This document shows positions 1-12,240 of a stretch of DNA of 64,000 nucleotides, piece after piece (within the stretch, counting starts at the first letter, position 1; each line of letters begins with the position of its first letter). The stretch comes from Sphyrna mokarran (taxonomy: Eukaryota). The stretch covers positions 55,180,001 through 55,244,000 of the forward strand of contig JAGIQG010000012.1 of assembly GCA_024679065.1 (NCBI GenBank). The letters are read 5' to 3'. Position numbers and translations under genes: made by a program. The notes under the pieces were generated by a model. It saw only the letters and a program-made list of their open reading frames with translations. It did not search any database and was not told the origin of the DNA.

Positions 1-530
1 TGTAAAAAACTTGCCTCGTACATCTCCTTTAAACTTTGCCTCTCAATCTTAAACCTATGTCCCCTTGTAAGTGATTCTTCCACCCTGGAAAAAAGCTTTT
101 GAATATCCAGTTTGTTTATGCCCCTCAATCTTGCAGACTTCTATCAGGTCGCCCTTCAACCTCCATCACTCCAGTGAGAACAAACCAAATTTCTTCAATC
201 TCTCCTTATAGCTAATGTCTCCATATTAGGCAACCCCCTGATAAACCTTTTCTGTTCCACTCCAAAGCCTCCACATCCTTTTAGTAGTGTGGCGACCAAA
301 ATTGAACACTATATTCCAAGTGTGGCTTAACTAAGGTTCTACAAAGCTTGTCAATTTTTAAACTCAGTGTCCCGGCCGATGAAGGCAAGCATGACCAATG
401 CCTTCTTGACTACCTTCTCCACCTACATTGCCACCTTCAGTGACCTGTGTAACTGTACATGCAGATCCCTTTGCCTACCAATACTGTTAAAGGTTCTGTC
501 ATTTACTGTATATTTCAGAAGAATTCATAG
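1..530 (-). mobile_element. CR1 LINE 3' ORF2 fragment (decayed)
   Basis: Reverse complement matches the typical elasmobranch CR1 3' region (e.g. attccaagtgtggcttaac, acttctatcaggtcgcccttcaacctcc); no intact ORF. Confidence 0.75.
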
Positions 531-829
531 TTTCTCTACCCTCATCTAGACATGTGAGGAGCTATGGATTTGTTTCCACCAAGAATGATACCTCCAATCA
601 GCTGCCTTTGCCACTGTCCACCTTTCCCATAGCCCACCAAGCTGAGCTTTTCCTAAAGCTTCCCCAACCGTGTTTTAGCCCTAAATCTTTCCTTCTCTAT
701 TTTTTTTTCTCCAAGCTCCCTCATGTCGCTCTAAATTCATTTGTCTATTCTCTTGGGTATCAGTAGGAACAGGGCTCTCTTGGCCCTATTCCTACTGAAA
801 CCCAACTTCTCTTCCTGGCACCATGTAGG

Positions 830-1790
830 CAGACAGTAAATGCTCTTTTCTTTCAGGTTCTGTCCCCCTCTCCTTCAAGTCTGCTGTCATCATTTCCCCT
901 CCTCAAAAAAACTATCCTTCACCTTCCTCTGTCCAAGCAAATAACTACCCCATTTTCAACCTTCCTTTCTTTTCCAGAGCCCATGAATATGTTATCCCAA
1001 ACAGTGCCATTTTCCACAGAACTCTATGTCTGAATCCTTCCAATCAGGTACTGCCCTGTCACTGTACCTAAAAACACTTATCAAAGTCAGAAATAACATC
1101 CTGTGTGACTATGACAAACTATCCCTTTTGTAGCTGTCTGCAGCGTTTAACCTAGTCAATAATACCATCTTTCTCCAACAGCTATCCACTGTCATTTAAC
1201 AGATTGGAACAGCACTTGCATATCTGGTTCTATTTTTATCTATCTAATCAAAGCCAGGAAATTACCACCAATGATTTCTTTTTCTATTCCTGCAACCTTT
1301 TTCTATTCCTTCATGTGTCCCCTGAGGACATGTCCATGTCATCCTCCTCCTATTTCTCATCCGCATATTTTCTCTTCAAAAATCATCCATAAACACACCA
1401 GCTCCACACGTATACTGACGGCATACAGCTTCACCTCAACACCAACTCTTTGACCTTCTCACTGTTTCTAAATTGTCTGACTGCCAGTACTAAATAAGCA
1501 GCAATTTCCTTCAATTAAATATTCCAAAGATTGAAGCCACTGCTCTTGGTTCCTGCTACAAAATCCACTTCCTCACCACTAATTCCATCCTTGTCCCTAA
1601 CAATTGTTTCAGGTCGAACCAGATTGTTTGCAACCTTGGTGTCATAATTCAACCACATACCTGTGGCATTGCTCAGACTGCTCATTTCCATCTCGGTAGC
1701 ATCGCCTGATCTGGTCCCACCTCAGCTCTTCTGATGTTGAAACCTCCCTACAGCATTTGTTACTCCAAATTCAACTATAGTTAACAGGCT
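830..1790 (+). mobile_element. L2 LINE RT fragment (decayed)
   Basis: cctcctcaaaaaa...aactaccccattttcaaccttcctttc resembles PLLKK...NYRPISNLPFLSK; also gaatccttccaatcagg (ESFQSG) and caaccttggtgtcata; many frameshifts. Confidence 0.75.
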
Positions 1791-2796
1791 TTTATCCAGT
1801 CTTCCACCTATTTGTTGTTGTCAATTTTTGTAGATTAGCAGCTGCTTGGTTGCTCTGCTTAGGAAATGATCAGGTTGATAAAACTAGGAGCTGAAAGCAT
1901 GGAGATGGAGAAATTAGTTTGTGTTGTACTACTAGCAGGTTGTGTTGATTCCTGGGGGGCAGGCAGTACTGTGGTCCACAACCTGTACTGCCCTTGCATC
2001 ATTCTTCAATGATAATGAATTTCCTCCCTTTAGGAGGAACAAAGGACAATATGTTCCTCTTAAAAATAACAGTGAGGTTAATGGTGTTTGCAATTTATTA
2101 TTTATCTGTCAATGGTACTGCAATTTTAGCTGAGGATGGATGCAATGGTTAAACCCAAATATCTGAATAGTTGTTGTATGATTTGTGGTGCTAAATCATT
2201 AATTTATGACTACTTTTATAACAAATAAATCCAGAAAATCTTTATTTGTAGAATTAAATGGATAGTATCTCTGCCTCAAAGTGCCACCTCAGGACTTGAT
2301 AGCTAAAAAAAGCTGCATTCATAAACAAATGCAAAACAAAACAAAAAATTTTTCTAATGGTCATATATGGCAGGCAGTAAATATGGGAGAGATTCCTGGT
2401 CAGCCACTTGATGGAAAAAAAGTTGAAGCCTCCACCATCACTATCCATAACTCCAGACTATAACATGCTTGTAAAATGTGCATGTCACTCCAGTGACTCC
2501 CTGACTGATCTGTAACACCAGATGTTTTAAGAATCTTTCTTAGCATTGCACCTTTTCATTTCTCCCATTTTTCTCAATCCTTTGCTCACGCATTTTCTTT
2601 TTTTATATTATTCCTTCGTAGTTATTATTCTTAGAGTCTTCTTTTCACATTGAAGGTTATTTTTTTGTTACACACTCTCTTAAATGGCTTACTCCTAATG
2701 CAATGATGTACAGATGCCAGCGCTGGACTGGGGTAAACACAGTAAGAAGTCCAACAACATCAGGTTTAAATCCAACCCATTTATTTGATAGTAAAC

Positions 2797-2832
2797 TCAC
2801 AAGCTTTCGATCCTATGGTCTTCATCAGGTGA
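2797..2832 (-). ncRNA. Minimal type I hammerhead ribozyme motif
   Basis: Minus strand reads TCAC CTGATGA A GACC ATAG GATC GAAA GC TT GTGA: core CUGAUGA/GAAA, stem I TCAC/GTGA, stem II with one mismatch. Confidence 0.7.
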
Positions 2833-2875
2833 ATGAGGTGTTCTGGTCTCCAACCTCGAGATCAGAACACCTCAT

Positions 2876-2911
2876 TCACCTGACGAAGAGCATACGGTCG
2901 AAAGCTTGTGA
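2876..2911 (+). ncRNA. Minimal type I hammerhead ribozyme motif
   Basis: TCAC CTGACGA A GAGC ATAC GGTC GAAA GC TT GTGA: core intact, palindromic AAGCTT at stem III, stem II with one mismatch. Confidence 0.7.
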
Positions 2912-4154
2912 GTCTACTATCAAATAAATCGGTTGGATTTAAACCTGGTGTTGTCAGACTTCTTACTGTGTTTACTCCTAATGCAATACATCGATCACAG
3001 CAATAGAAGAAGTAGGTGATGGCAAGATTGCTACCAACAAAATTGTAATTGCCCACAAGAGGTATCTAAGGTTGACCATGGGCTGGAGAACCCCATGTTG
3101 CTTCTTTTAGGAAGGCCCACCACAACCTGTTCCATTTAGGCACTTCATAAGCCAAGATTGGTTTGTGCTTCTCGTTCTACCACAATGCTCAGGAAAAAAA
3201 AAAATTCCCTTTGCTTGGCAGTTCAGAAATCAATAATTTACCAAGTCAGCAAACATAGATTTTCTGTATACTGCACTGAAATATCACTATATTGTGTAGA
3301 TACTACAGAAAGTATTTTTCTGTGTTATATATCTCAAATGCTTAAAAAAGATAAAATTCATGCAAAACTGATTTTGTCATATGACAATGCATGTACAAAT
3401 GGACTCTGAACATAGTTTGACATAAATAAACAGCCTAAGAGGAGTTTTGTTTAAAATCAATTGCAAAAAGTTTTGCTGCATTTATAAGCATTTTATTTTA
3501 AATGTGGAGGCTGAATGTACAGGTAGTATTTTAAAAGCATTCCGTAATCTACCTTTCAGTTTCGTGAAGCACATCCTGAGGCATAAAAGTGAACAGATAT
3601 GTTGTAATTGCTGTGGTCTGTGATCATTAAACTTTGCAATTTGTTACTGACAATGGAGCTGTCTGGAGTGGAGGGAGAAGCTTTTGCCTGGGGGAAAAAA
3701 CTGCACAAAATCTGTGACTAACCTCAGTCAGCTTTATTTATAAAATTATTTGTTTTGGTAGCATCAACATTTGTTACTTGCACTGGTTATCATTACGAGA
3801 TTCATAGTTTTCAGCTCACTTGTAAACTTTCAGCATTAAAAACTAAGTGTAAATCTAGCTTTGCATTTTACCCTTCTGTTTTAAAAAGATCCATGTCAAT
3901 TTTTTTTAAATGCAATTTGTAATGTACAATAACATCTAATATTGAAAAAGGGAAGGGTGAAAAAGGTTAAGAAATCAATAGGGTTTAAGCCTTTTTTTCA
4001 AGCTGGCAGGAAGCATGCTATTCATCACAAATCATTCACTTCAAAATTAGCTAAGATGGAAAATGAACTGAAATAGAAAACATTACAACATCATAAAAAT
4101 GCTTTAAAAATCCATCAGCATCATTATCATTTTAAAAATGTAGAAGAATATTGT

Positions 4155-4792
4155 GGGTGAAATCTTGTAAACGCAGTGGGGGTTTTCACCACTGGAAAAC
4201 CCTATGTTGCTTCTTTTAAGAAGGCCCACCACAACGTGTTTCATTTAGGCACTTCATAGAAAAATTGTGGGCTTTCCCCAGGATCAAGGACTACAGTGTC
4301 AGAAGTTCTGCCACTGGATGAGAGGTCAGTAGCTCCATCGAACAACAGCATTGCTAGGAAGGTAGTGTCTGCTATCGATACACATCTGCCTATATCTAGG
4401 ATCTGAATCCCCATCCTAAGATGTGTGATGATGGATCAAGGGTCACTGTGGATGGGTCAATGGCAGTGGGGGGATGACTTCCCAATGTCAGTTTTCTTAA
4501 TTAGGCACTGAGTGCCTTTGAACAATGGATCACCCCCTGGGAGCCAGCAGGCAAACACTCATTGGTTTGCTTGTCATGCTTTGCTGCCTCCAACACAAAT
4601 GGCAGCAGATTCAGCTTTATTAATTGCTTATTTATGAGCCTCAATTGGCAGCAAGATAGGAAAGCTATTCAAGGGCCTTCCCAACATGGACCTAATCGAG
4701 GTGGAGGCAAGAAGGTGGGGAGGTCCTTACATGCCACCCTCTCACTTGAAAAAAATGCTATCCACTAGTAAACTTGCCATGGGATTCTACCC
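4155..4792. mobile_element. PIF/Harbinger-type MITE
   Basis: Termini gggtgaaatc / gattctaccc form an imperfect TIR; 3-bp TSD tgt at 4152-4154 and 4793-4795. Confidence 0.7.
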
Positions 4793-6891
4793 TGTGTTAT
4801 TTATTATGACAGAAACCACAGGTCAAATTATTTTTAGAAGTATTAAATACAAGGCTTGAATTTAACATTATCTGACATGCAAACTGTGTGGAGTTTTGTT
4901 TCATGAGTCAGCATTTCATGGTGCTGCAGTTTTAGTCACATCACACCCCCATATATTAATTTTCTAGGATTCAGGCCTTATTTTACCAAGTCGTCATCAG
5001 TCTCACTTAGGTTCAAATTGGTTTTGCTAGTTGAGAAGAAAACATCACATGACAATTTGATCCTAACACAAAAATGCACCTTTAACATACACAAAAGAAC
5101 AAAACCAAGAACTGAGTTATATAAGGGTTACAAATGCACATTTTTTGTAGTGTCAAAATAGATTGAATACTTTTTTGAATGTTGAGACCAAATACTTCTG
5201 AAGCACAATGAAAAGCAAGAACTGTGATATTATTTGGCTTTTTCTCAGTCACATAATCAAAGAGAAGTAATCTAAACATTTGTTTGTTACACGTAAACTG
5301 ATCATGCAATATTTATGATGTTTCTACATTTTTAAATACACACTAAATAGATGCTCGATTTCAAATAATATGCTTTATGGATTTAAATTATATCAAGATT
5401 TTACAATTTATATTTACCTTTCCAAATGAATCATTTAACTGAGTTTGTCATTTTTTGCCTTAACACACTGCAAAATTGTTCAGTTTGACTAATAATTAAA
5501 CTAACAATTAAATATTACAATAGATGATTTTTCCAATTCAAAATGGTAAAATATTGCTGTCAATAAAAATAATACTTTCTTAGTTTCATGATTGAATTAA
5601 ATGATAGAATTAAACGGGTCAAACTCATATGGCATTTTCGAAATTATGCACTTTAAATTTTAAAGAGGTCACAAATAGAGTGTGGACAATGTGAAATAAA
5701 TTCTTGTTAGAAATTATCATTCAAAATTTGAATTGTTACTAGTGAATTTCAGTGTTTTACGGTTTAGATTATGTGCTTAAATTCTAACTTCCTTCAAAAA
5801 CAAATTGCACAATTTGTTTCATACTCTCACAAATTTTAGGCATGTCCAAACCTAGTCATGGAATTCTCTGGCAAACTTGCAAGAAAACCTCTCATCCCAT
5901 CACTGGGATATGACATCCCTGACTCAAAATAAGCTCTTGTTATTTGCCTAAAAAATTGCAGTAGCTAACTTAGTTAACGATCATGAAACAATAATACTGA
6001 AGATTCTGCATTTTTTTTCTGTTTTCTCCTAAACAGAACATGCATTGTAAAAAAAAACTTCTACATTTCCATTTTACTTTAAATGCTAAGACAATTCCTC
6101 CTAATAGAGCATCACTTTTCATTCTTCTGCTAAAACAGTCATGTCATACTCTTAGAAGGTCTTAGGAATTCTTGTCCAACGAAAATTGGTCTAGAAATAC
6201 TATTTAAAATGGTTCAATTACCACATAACCAAACACACAGAGCATAAGTTATATACAAACACAGATGAGTTAAAATACTCCTGGAGAATCTTGAAGTGGG
6301 ATCTTCTGGACCTTCATAACATTTTAAATGCTACTAGATATTGAATGACAAGCTCAATATTTCAACTCATTACTTGATAAAAAAAAGCAAGTTAGTTCAA
6401 AGCTCCTGCTTTTCTTTCCACAAAATACCAACTGCCTGGATATACCTGCTATAACATGGAGATGAAATACGCCAGGTGGATTTAAAAAAATGCTGGGCAG
6501 AACCCGAATCTGGGATTCCTGCCTATACTTCCAACATCAGTGATTTTCAATAGTGTGGAATAAGGGAACAGGTCATAAGCCTGCAGGCTGATGTTCATAA
6601 CAGGCACTAGCATTTTAAACTACCTGCAGTTTTCATGGAGTCAGGCAAGCTTTGGAAGGCAACATGAATCACAACAGCACTGAGGCACTGTGAACCATGG
6701 GAAAATCTTGGTTTGGAGTCAGAAACCAAATGAAAGATAAGTTCAAAAAGTGTTGCCAATTTTATATATAATTACGAAATGCTATGTCATAAGTATGTTT
6801 TAATATAGTGAGTGATATTTATTTTGGAGAGATAAGTGTTCTTTAAATAATGTGTTTGCCAGGTTGTTACTTCTGACAATTGGCAAGCTGT

Positions 6892-7700
6892 TGTTACAAT
6901 TCAGTTAAGGACTGTAAACCTTTATTTAAAATAGACCAAGTTTGAAATCCTAGTTGCTCTTAGGAGAATAAAACCACATGATTTCATAGTTTGCAACAAA
7001 TAAGATAAACTTTAGAGTCAAAAGCAAAATAATTTACAATATTTATCTTACACTCTTAACATTCAGAAATAACACAAGGTGCATATGAATCAACAGGAAA
7101 ACTGTGGTCGAAATACCAACAGCACATTAAATGGTAGATGTGATCAATATAGATAAAACAAATTTCCCAGCAACCTACCCAGATATTAGTGACTACTGAG
7201 AGTCACAGAATCTCATTAACTCTCTCCCTCATGTGGGCTTCCAATTCTTCATCTTCCAAGATCTACTCTCTGAACCCTCTCAAAAGTTGCTCGGACTCCA
7301 ACTACCTCAATGACTGCTCAGCTTCTGATGGTTCAATCCCCCTCTCATAAGAATACATTCCATGAAATTCACAAATTACTAGTACACTTCTAACTCTGCT
7401 AGCTTCATTAAGATGGCCTTGCCCCTGGGTTTCTCTGAATGTCAGTTTCCCAAATGCACCAAACTAGGTTGTTCCCAGGGCTTCATTGAGCCCTGACTGC
7501 CTGGTATGGAACCTGTGACCTTCCACCACCTTCTCAACTCCCCAGCATTTTTCTGACCCCTAATAGCCCAAGGGCTGCTAACAACTGCAACTTTTCATTA
7601 TCCTCTTCCCCTGCTGTAAAACATCCAGATAAATTTAACCCAGATAGTCTTCTGATGGTCCATCCATTTTCATGGTGATGCAGCCTTTCAGCATTCACTA
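6892..7700 (-). mobile_element. Probable decayed LTR fragment
   Basis: Starts tgttacaattcagttaagg, matching the reverse complement of the terminus at 58995 (tgttacaattctgttgagg); far end uncertain. Confidence 0.4.
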
Positions 7701-8481
7701 AATGCTATTAAATTAATTTATTTCTAACTCCCAAAAGAAAACATCTCTCTGGATTGTACGTATTTGCAAGCAGTTTAGACAGCACTTTTCCAGTTCTCCA
7801 GATAAGTCAGCCCATCTGCTGTTTTATGATCTTACCTTTCTAGCTGCTAATCTCTTAAGCCAACATGGCACCAATGTTTTATATGTAATAGACTCCAAGC
7901 TGCTTTAATTGCATTTATCTTTTTTTTTTAAAACATTGAAACCTTAGTCTTCTGAGAATTAAATATTATCTCTACAATATTAACATGAATCAATAACTAG
8001 AAGTCCAATATATTTTGAAAACATTCAGCAACATTGCCAAAATGGAAAAGTTATCACATACATTATGGCACATTAGCCAACAGAAGATATTATTTTCTGC
8101 ATTGTCCAATAATGAAAACCAGATCTAATGATATGAAAAGAGCCTAGAGCTTTGATTTCTACCTTGAAATTCAGCCCAGCCTTCTGTTTGGCTGCTTCAA
8201 AGGTTGGCAGATGGCTGAGCTTTCATCTGTGTTCAAGAGCTTTGATGGATACTGCTCAGGCGAATTTATTTACAAATTAGTTCAACTGAATTTCATTATA
8301 AATGCTTGGCTGACTTTCAAGCCTACTAAAGGATTCTGCTAAGCTATTTTGTTTCTCCAACTTGATTAGTAGAAAACATTCCCTCGCTGTTTGATAGAGC
8401 ACATGTTGAGATTTAGTGAGGAAAAAGAAAAAAAATTCTGCACAATTGATTACGTAGCTATTTAAATATATGAATAAACAA

Positions 8482-9215
8482 GGTCTGTATTTTACTGTTT
8501 GCAGCTAAATTTTACAATTTGCTGACTTCAAAGCAAACTGTTCACAAGTGTCTTACAAGCTCTGCGACGTCAATTTCACCTTTCTCATTAATTTCATTCT
8601 GGTACCAGCTATTTGACATCCCTGCTGTCCAGCAATAGTGAAGTCATCAAACAGAAGAAGCAGCCAATCACGTTGAAGAATTTCCACAGATAACAAACCA
8701 GAAAGTGATAAACAAATTTTTACAATTTTATTTTTTACTGTTTTATAGAAAGTAAAACAAAAATAGATTTGGACATATACAGAGGGGTTGAGCAGAAAAT
8801 AAAATATCATAAGCAATCATTAAATATATTATTTTAAAAATCTGTGGAATTATCATGGAAAAATTTGACAATCCACAAATAAATAGCTAAAGAGATCGTT
8901 CGGCAGTAATTATGATTTAATAGTTGCTAAAAACTCAGCTATACTATATTCAGCAAGCTACAACTGTTTTAAGCATTTTGACAATTAAATTAATAGTGTA
9001 AGAAGCGGAAACCAGTGTCAATTCAGTGATTTCCAACTGACTTCCATCTATACGGACTTCAGCAGCGTACTCCGTGAAGGTGCTGAAAATTACTAATCGC
9101 AACTTCTAGATTTCAGCACTTAGCTGCGCATGTGTGAAATCTAGAACTTGCTGTCAAGTTTCACAAAGTAATGGCTATCAATATTGACAGTCATTCCAAC
9201 CCCAAAATTCATGCC
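8482..9215. mobile_element. Probable non-autonomous DNA transposon with internal hairpin
   Basis: Weak TIRs ggtctgtatttt / aaaattcatgcc; internal 16-bp stem caacttctagatttca / tgaaatctagaacttg at 9100-9150. Confidence 0.4.
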
Positions 9216-9774
9216 TTTAATTAACACAGACCAAAAAAATGGAAATGATAAAAAAGATTAATAACATTTACTCAACAAATATTCACACAAAAAATGAACT
9301 TTTTGGCACGTAGAATTTGGAATTCTGGTTGCATGAACCAGATAGCTAATTTTTGATCCTTGACATAAGCATAAGCATTTTGTAACTGCAATTTTGTATA
9401 AATCAAATACGAAAGAACTTTTCTCAATGCATTAGAAAATTGCTTTTAGTCTGCAAGTATTCCTACTGTACGTAAAATGATAACGTGATATTAGATAAAG
9501 ACAGGAAACTTGCAGAGTAGTCAGGTCAAATAAGGAAATTGTGCCACAACACACACTGAATCTGTAAAAATTTGATGCTGGGGAACAACAAAAAGATCTT
9601 AAAGAAAAAAAAGTCAGCAAATAAGGAAGGCTGCAAGAACTAATAAGGGTTATTCAATTGATTCCTAAACTAGCAGTTTAACCTGGTTACTGATCTGAAA
9701 TGCATATTGTGACTGTAGGAAAGGAATCAGCAAAAAGTTAAAGGTATGAAGTCGACCTGGGCTGACTGTGAAAA

Positions 9775-9900
9775 CTTGCCTGACGAAGGCTATAGAGTCG
9801 AAAGCTCGCAAATTTACTATCAAATAAATTGGTTGGATTTAAAATTGGTGTTGTAAAACTTTACTGAGTTTACCCCAGTCCAATGCTGGCATCTCTACAT
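9775..9900 (+). mobile_element. Penelope-derived repeat (single arm), same family as 2703-2977
   Basis: Aligns with the arm at 2876-2977; 8-bp direct repeat tgtgaaaa at 9767-9774 and 9901-9908. Confidence 0.85.
9776..9811 (+). ncRNA. Minimal type I hammerhead ribozyme, core intact
   Basis: TTGC CTGACGA A GGCT ATAG AGTC GAAA GC TC GCAA: stem I TTGC/GCAA, stem II fully paired (one G-U), UC at the cleavage position. Confidence 0.75.
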
Positions 9901-10569
9901 TGTGAAAATGAGCTCAGAGTTCCAAGTCACCTCCACGTATTCAGAAAAGCTCATTTCACCCCTAAAATCAAATTCAAATTCAGCTTACTTCTCTCATTAA
10001 ATCAATCATGGATATACCAACTGCTTAAAATAGCCAGTAAATATATGACTGTGTTTACCTTGAGAACTTGATTGCAAAGATGCAGATGGAACGTCAAAAG
10101 TAGAGGAAAAGCTATCCTCTAAAGAAAACTGATCTTTCTCTCCATTGTATTTGCATCAACTGCCAATCGTACAGCTTGGGAGAAATTAACAGTTGGCAAT
10201 AATGAAGTTCATTTCTCTGTTCTAATGTCTTTCATAACTGTAAGCTTCATTTGTTAAGGAAACACTTATCCTGCTTGTGCATATATTCACAAATAAAATA
10301 AATTTAACTTGACTACATGAAAACATCAATTCCCTTCTAAAATTAAAAAGTGTAAACAATGTGCTTTGCTGTAAAAATTGCCGAACTAACTTTAAAAAAA
10401 AACCCGGTTACCTTTAACATGAATTTCATTGCTCAAAAACTTTGTATCAAAAGGGAACAGTGTCAAAATTTAAATTGCCATGAGTTTTATTATTAAAACC
10501 CAAATAATGGCAGGTTTCTAAATGTCTGTGAAGACAGCAGACTTATTTTTGAACCATTCTTAAAGAGAT

Positions 10570-11455
10570 TTGTTACCTCAAATCTAATTAATCTTCTTTC
10601 CAGTTATTCAAAATGTATAGATTTAGATGAGGAAACTAAATGTAATATCTTCAAATTTGCAGATAACACAAAGCTGGATGAGCTGTGAGAAGGATGCAGA
10701 AATGCGAGAGTGTGGTTTGGACAAGTTAAGTGAGTGGGAAATGCATCATAATGTGGATAAATATGAGGTTATTCACTTTGGTAGCAAAAATAGGAAGACA
10801 TTATTATCTGTATGGTTATAGATTGAGAGAGGGAATATGCAATGAGAAATGGATATCCTTGTACATCAATCTCTGTAAATAAGCATGCGATTGGGAATGT
10901 GGTAAAGAAGGCAAAATGGTAAAGAAGGAAGGATGTTTTTGCTTACACAGAAAGTGCAGCAAAGGTTTACCATTCAGATTCTTGGAATGATGGTACTGAC
11001 ACCTCAACTCAGGGACTGCGTTGGTTAAGATTATATTCCTTAGAATTAGAAGAATGAGGCGGGATCTCGCAGAAGCCTATAAAATTTTAACAGGACTACA
11101 TAGGATAGATACAAGAAGGATGTTCCTGACGCAGCGGAGTCCAGAACCAGGGGTCACATTCTAAGGATATGGGATAAACCATTCAGGAGTGAAATGAAAA
11201 TAATGTCTTTATCCAGAGAATACTGAGCCTGTGGAATTACCAACCGCAGAAAGCAGTTGACAACAAAACATTGTATGCTTTCAAGGAGTTATATATAGCT
11301 CTTAGGGCTAATGAGATCGAAGGAAATGGAGGGGGGTGGAGGGGGTAGGGGATAAAGCGAGATAAAGTTACTGAGTTGGATGATCAGCTATGATGAATGG
11401 TTATTCAAAGGGCTAAATGGCTGACTCATGCTCCTACTTTCTATATTTTTATGTT
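10570..11455 (+). mobile_element. CR1 LINE 3' fragment
   Basis: aaatttgcagataacacaaagctg (KFADNTKL) and NVDKYEVIHFG motifs; CR1 tail ...ggctaaatggctgactcatgctcctactttctat. Confidence 0.85.
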
Positions 11456-11729
11456 TCAGAAAAAGGCTTTGTAAATAGTATGAAACTTTGGATGCACATC
11501 ACCTATGTTAAAGTTGTACCGTTGTATCTTAAAGTATTAATTTAATTTTTAAAGATGAATGAAAGTGGGATTGCATCACAGGATGGGAGAGGGTATGGTT
11601 TCAAATAAATTCAAAGGCAACGGTGGTCTTCAATGGCCATCCCTTTGCTGACACCTACAGTTGGGCACAGAATGTTTGACTATGAGAGACCCTCCCTCCT
11701 GGGAGGCTGCTGGCCAATTGTGGAGCTTC

Positions 11730-12240
11730 TCCCATGGCCACCATGTTTCCCACTGTGAAAGGCTACATAAATCAGCTTGAAGCTATACGATAAGTTAACC
11801 AGAGAAGGCCCTTGAAGTGCATAGTATTTTTGGAGAAGAAAGGATTTGATGTAAAAGTAAGCAGAGTAACTGATTATTATTGCATTCAAAGCAGCTGTGA
11901 CAACTCTGGTGTTCATTTCCAGAAATCAGTAGAATTCAGACATCTTGGTTTTTGCTCTTCCAGCTATGCAAGGCTGCGTTGGTGGCTCTTATTCTTGAGT
12001 AACCTTTTCACTCATATTCAGTGTTAGCCTCATGCCTCCCCACTTTGCAAATCTTTATACGAGAGCACGCTAAGTGCACTAGGGGTAAATGGCAACATTA
12101 ACATTTTATGGAAAGAAATTCCTCATTTTTGTGTTGAAGCAGCTATAATGTCCAGTTTAGAAAAAAACTGATGAAGTGTCATCCGTACAAATCTATTCCA
12201 GGTTCATGCAGCAACTGGAAAGCTACAAAGTTAATATGTG
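11730..12240. promoter_or_regulatory. Candidate conserved non-coding element
   Basis: No recognisable repeat, balanced composition, CAGCTG, TGACA and TGATTA motifs; inference only. Confidence 0.3.

Larger units (their letters stand above)
2703..2977. mobile_element. Palindromic non-autonomous Penelope-like element
   Basis: Arms 2731-2850 and 2858-2977 are near-perfect inverted repeats around a 7-nt loop; direct repeat ttactcctaatgcaat at 2689-2704 and 2972-2987. Confidence 0.85.

Noticed and set aside
2703-3056. Two opposite-strand ORFs with similar peptides (GVNTVRS..GLNPT.LFDS.LTSFR)
   Set aside because: A by-product of the DNA palindrome, not duplicated genes
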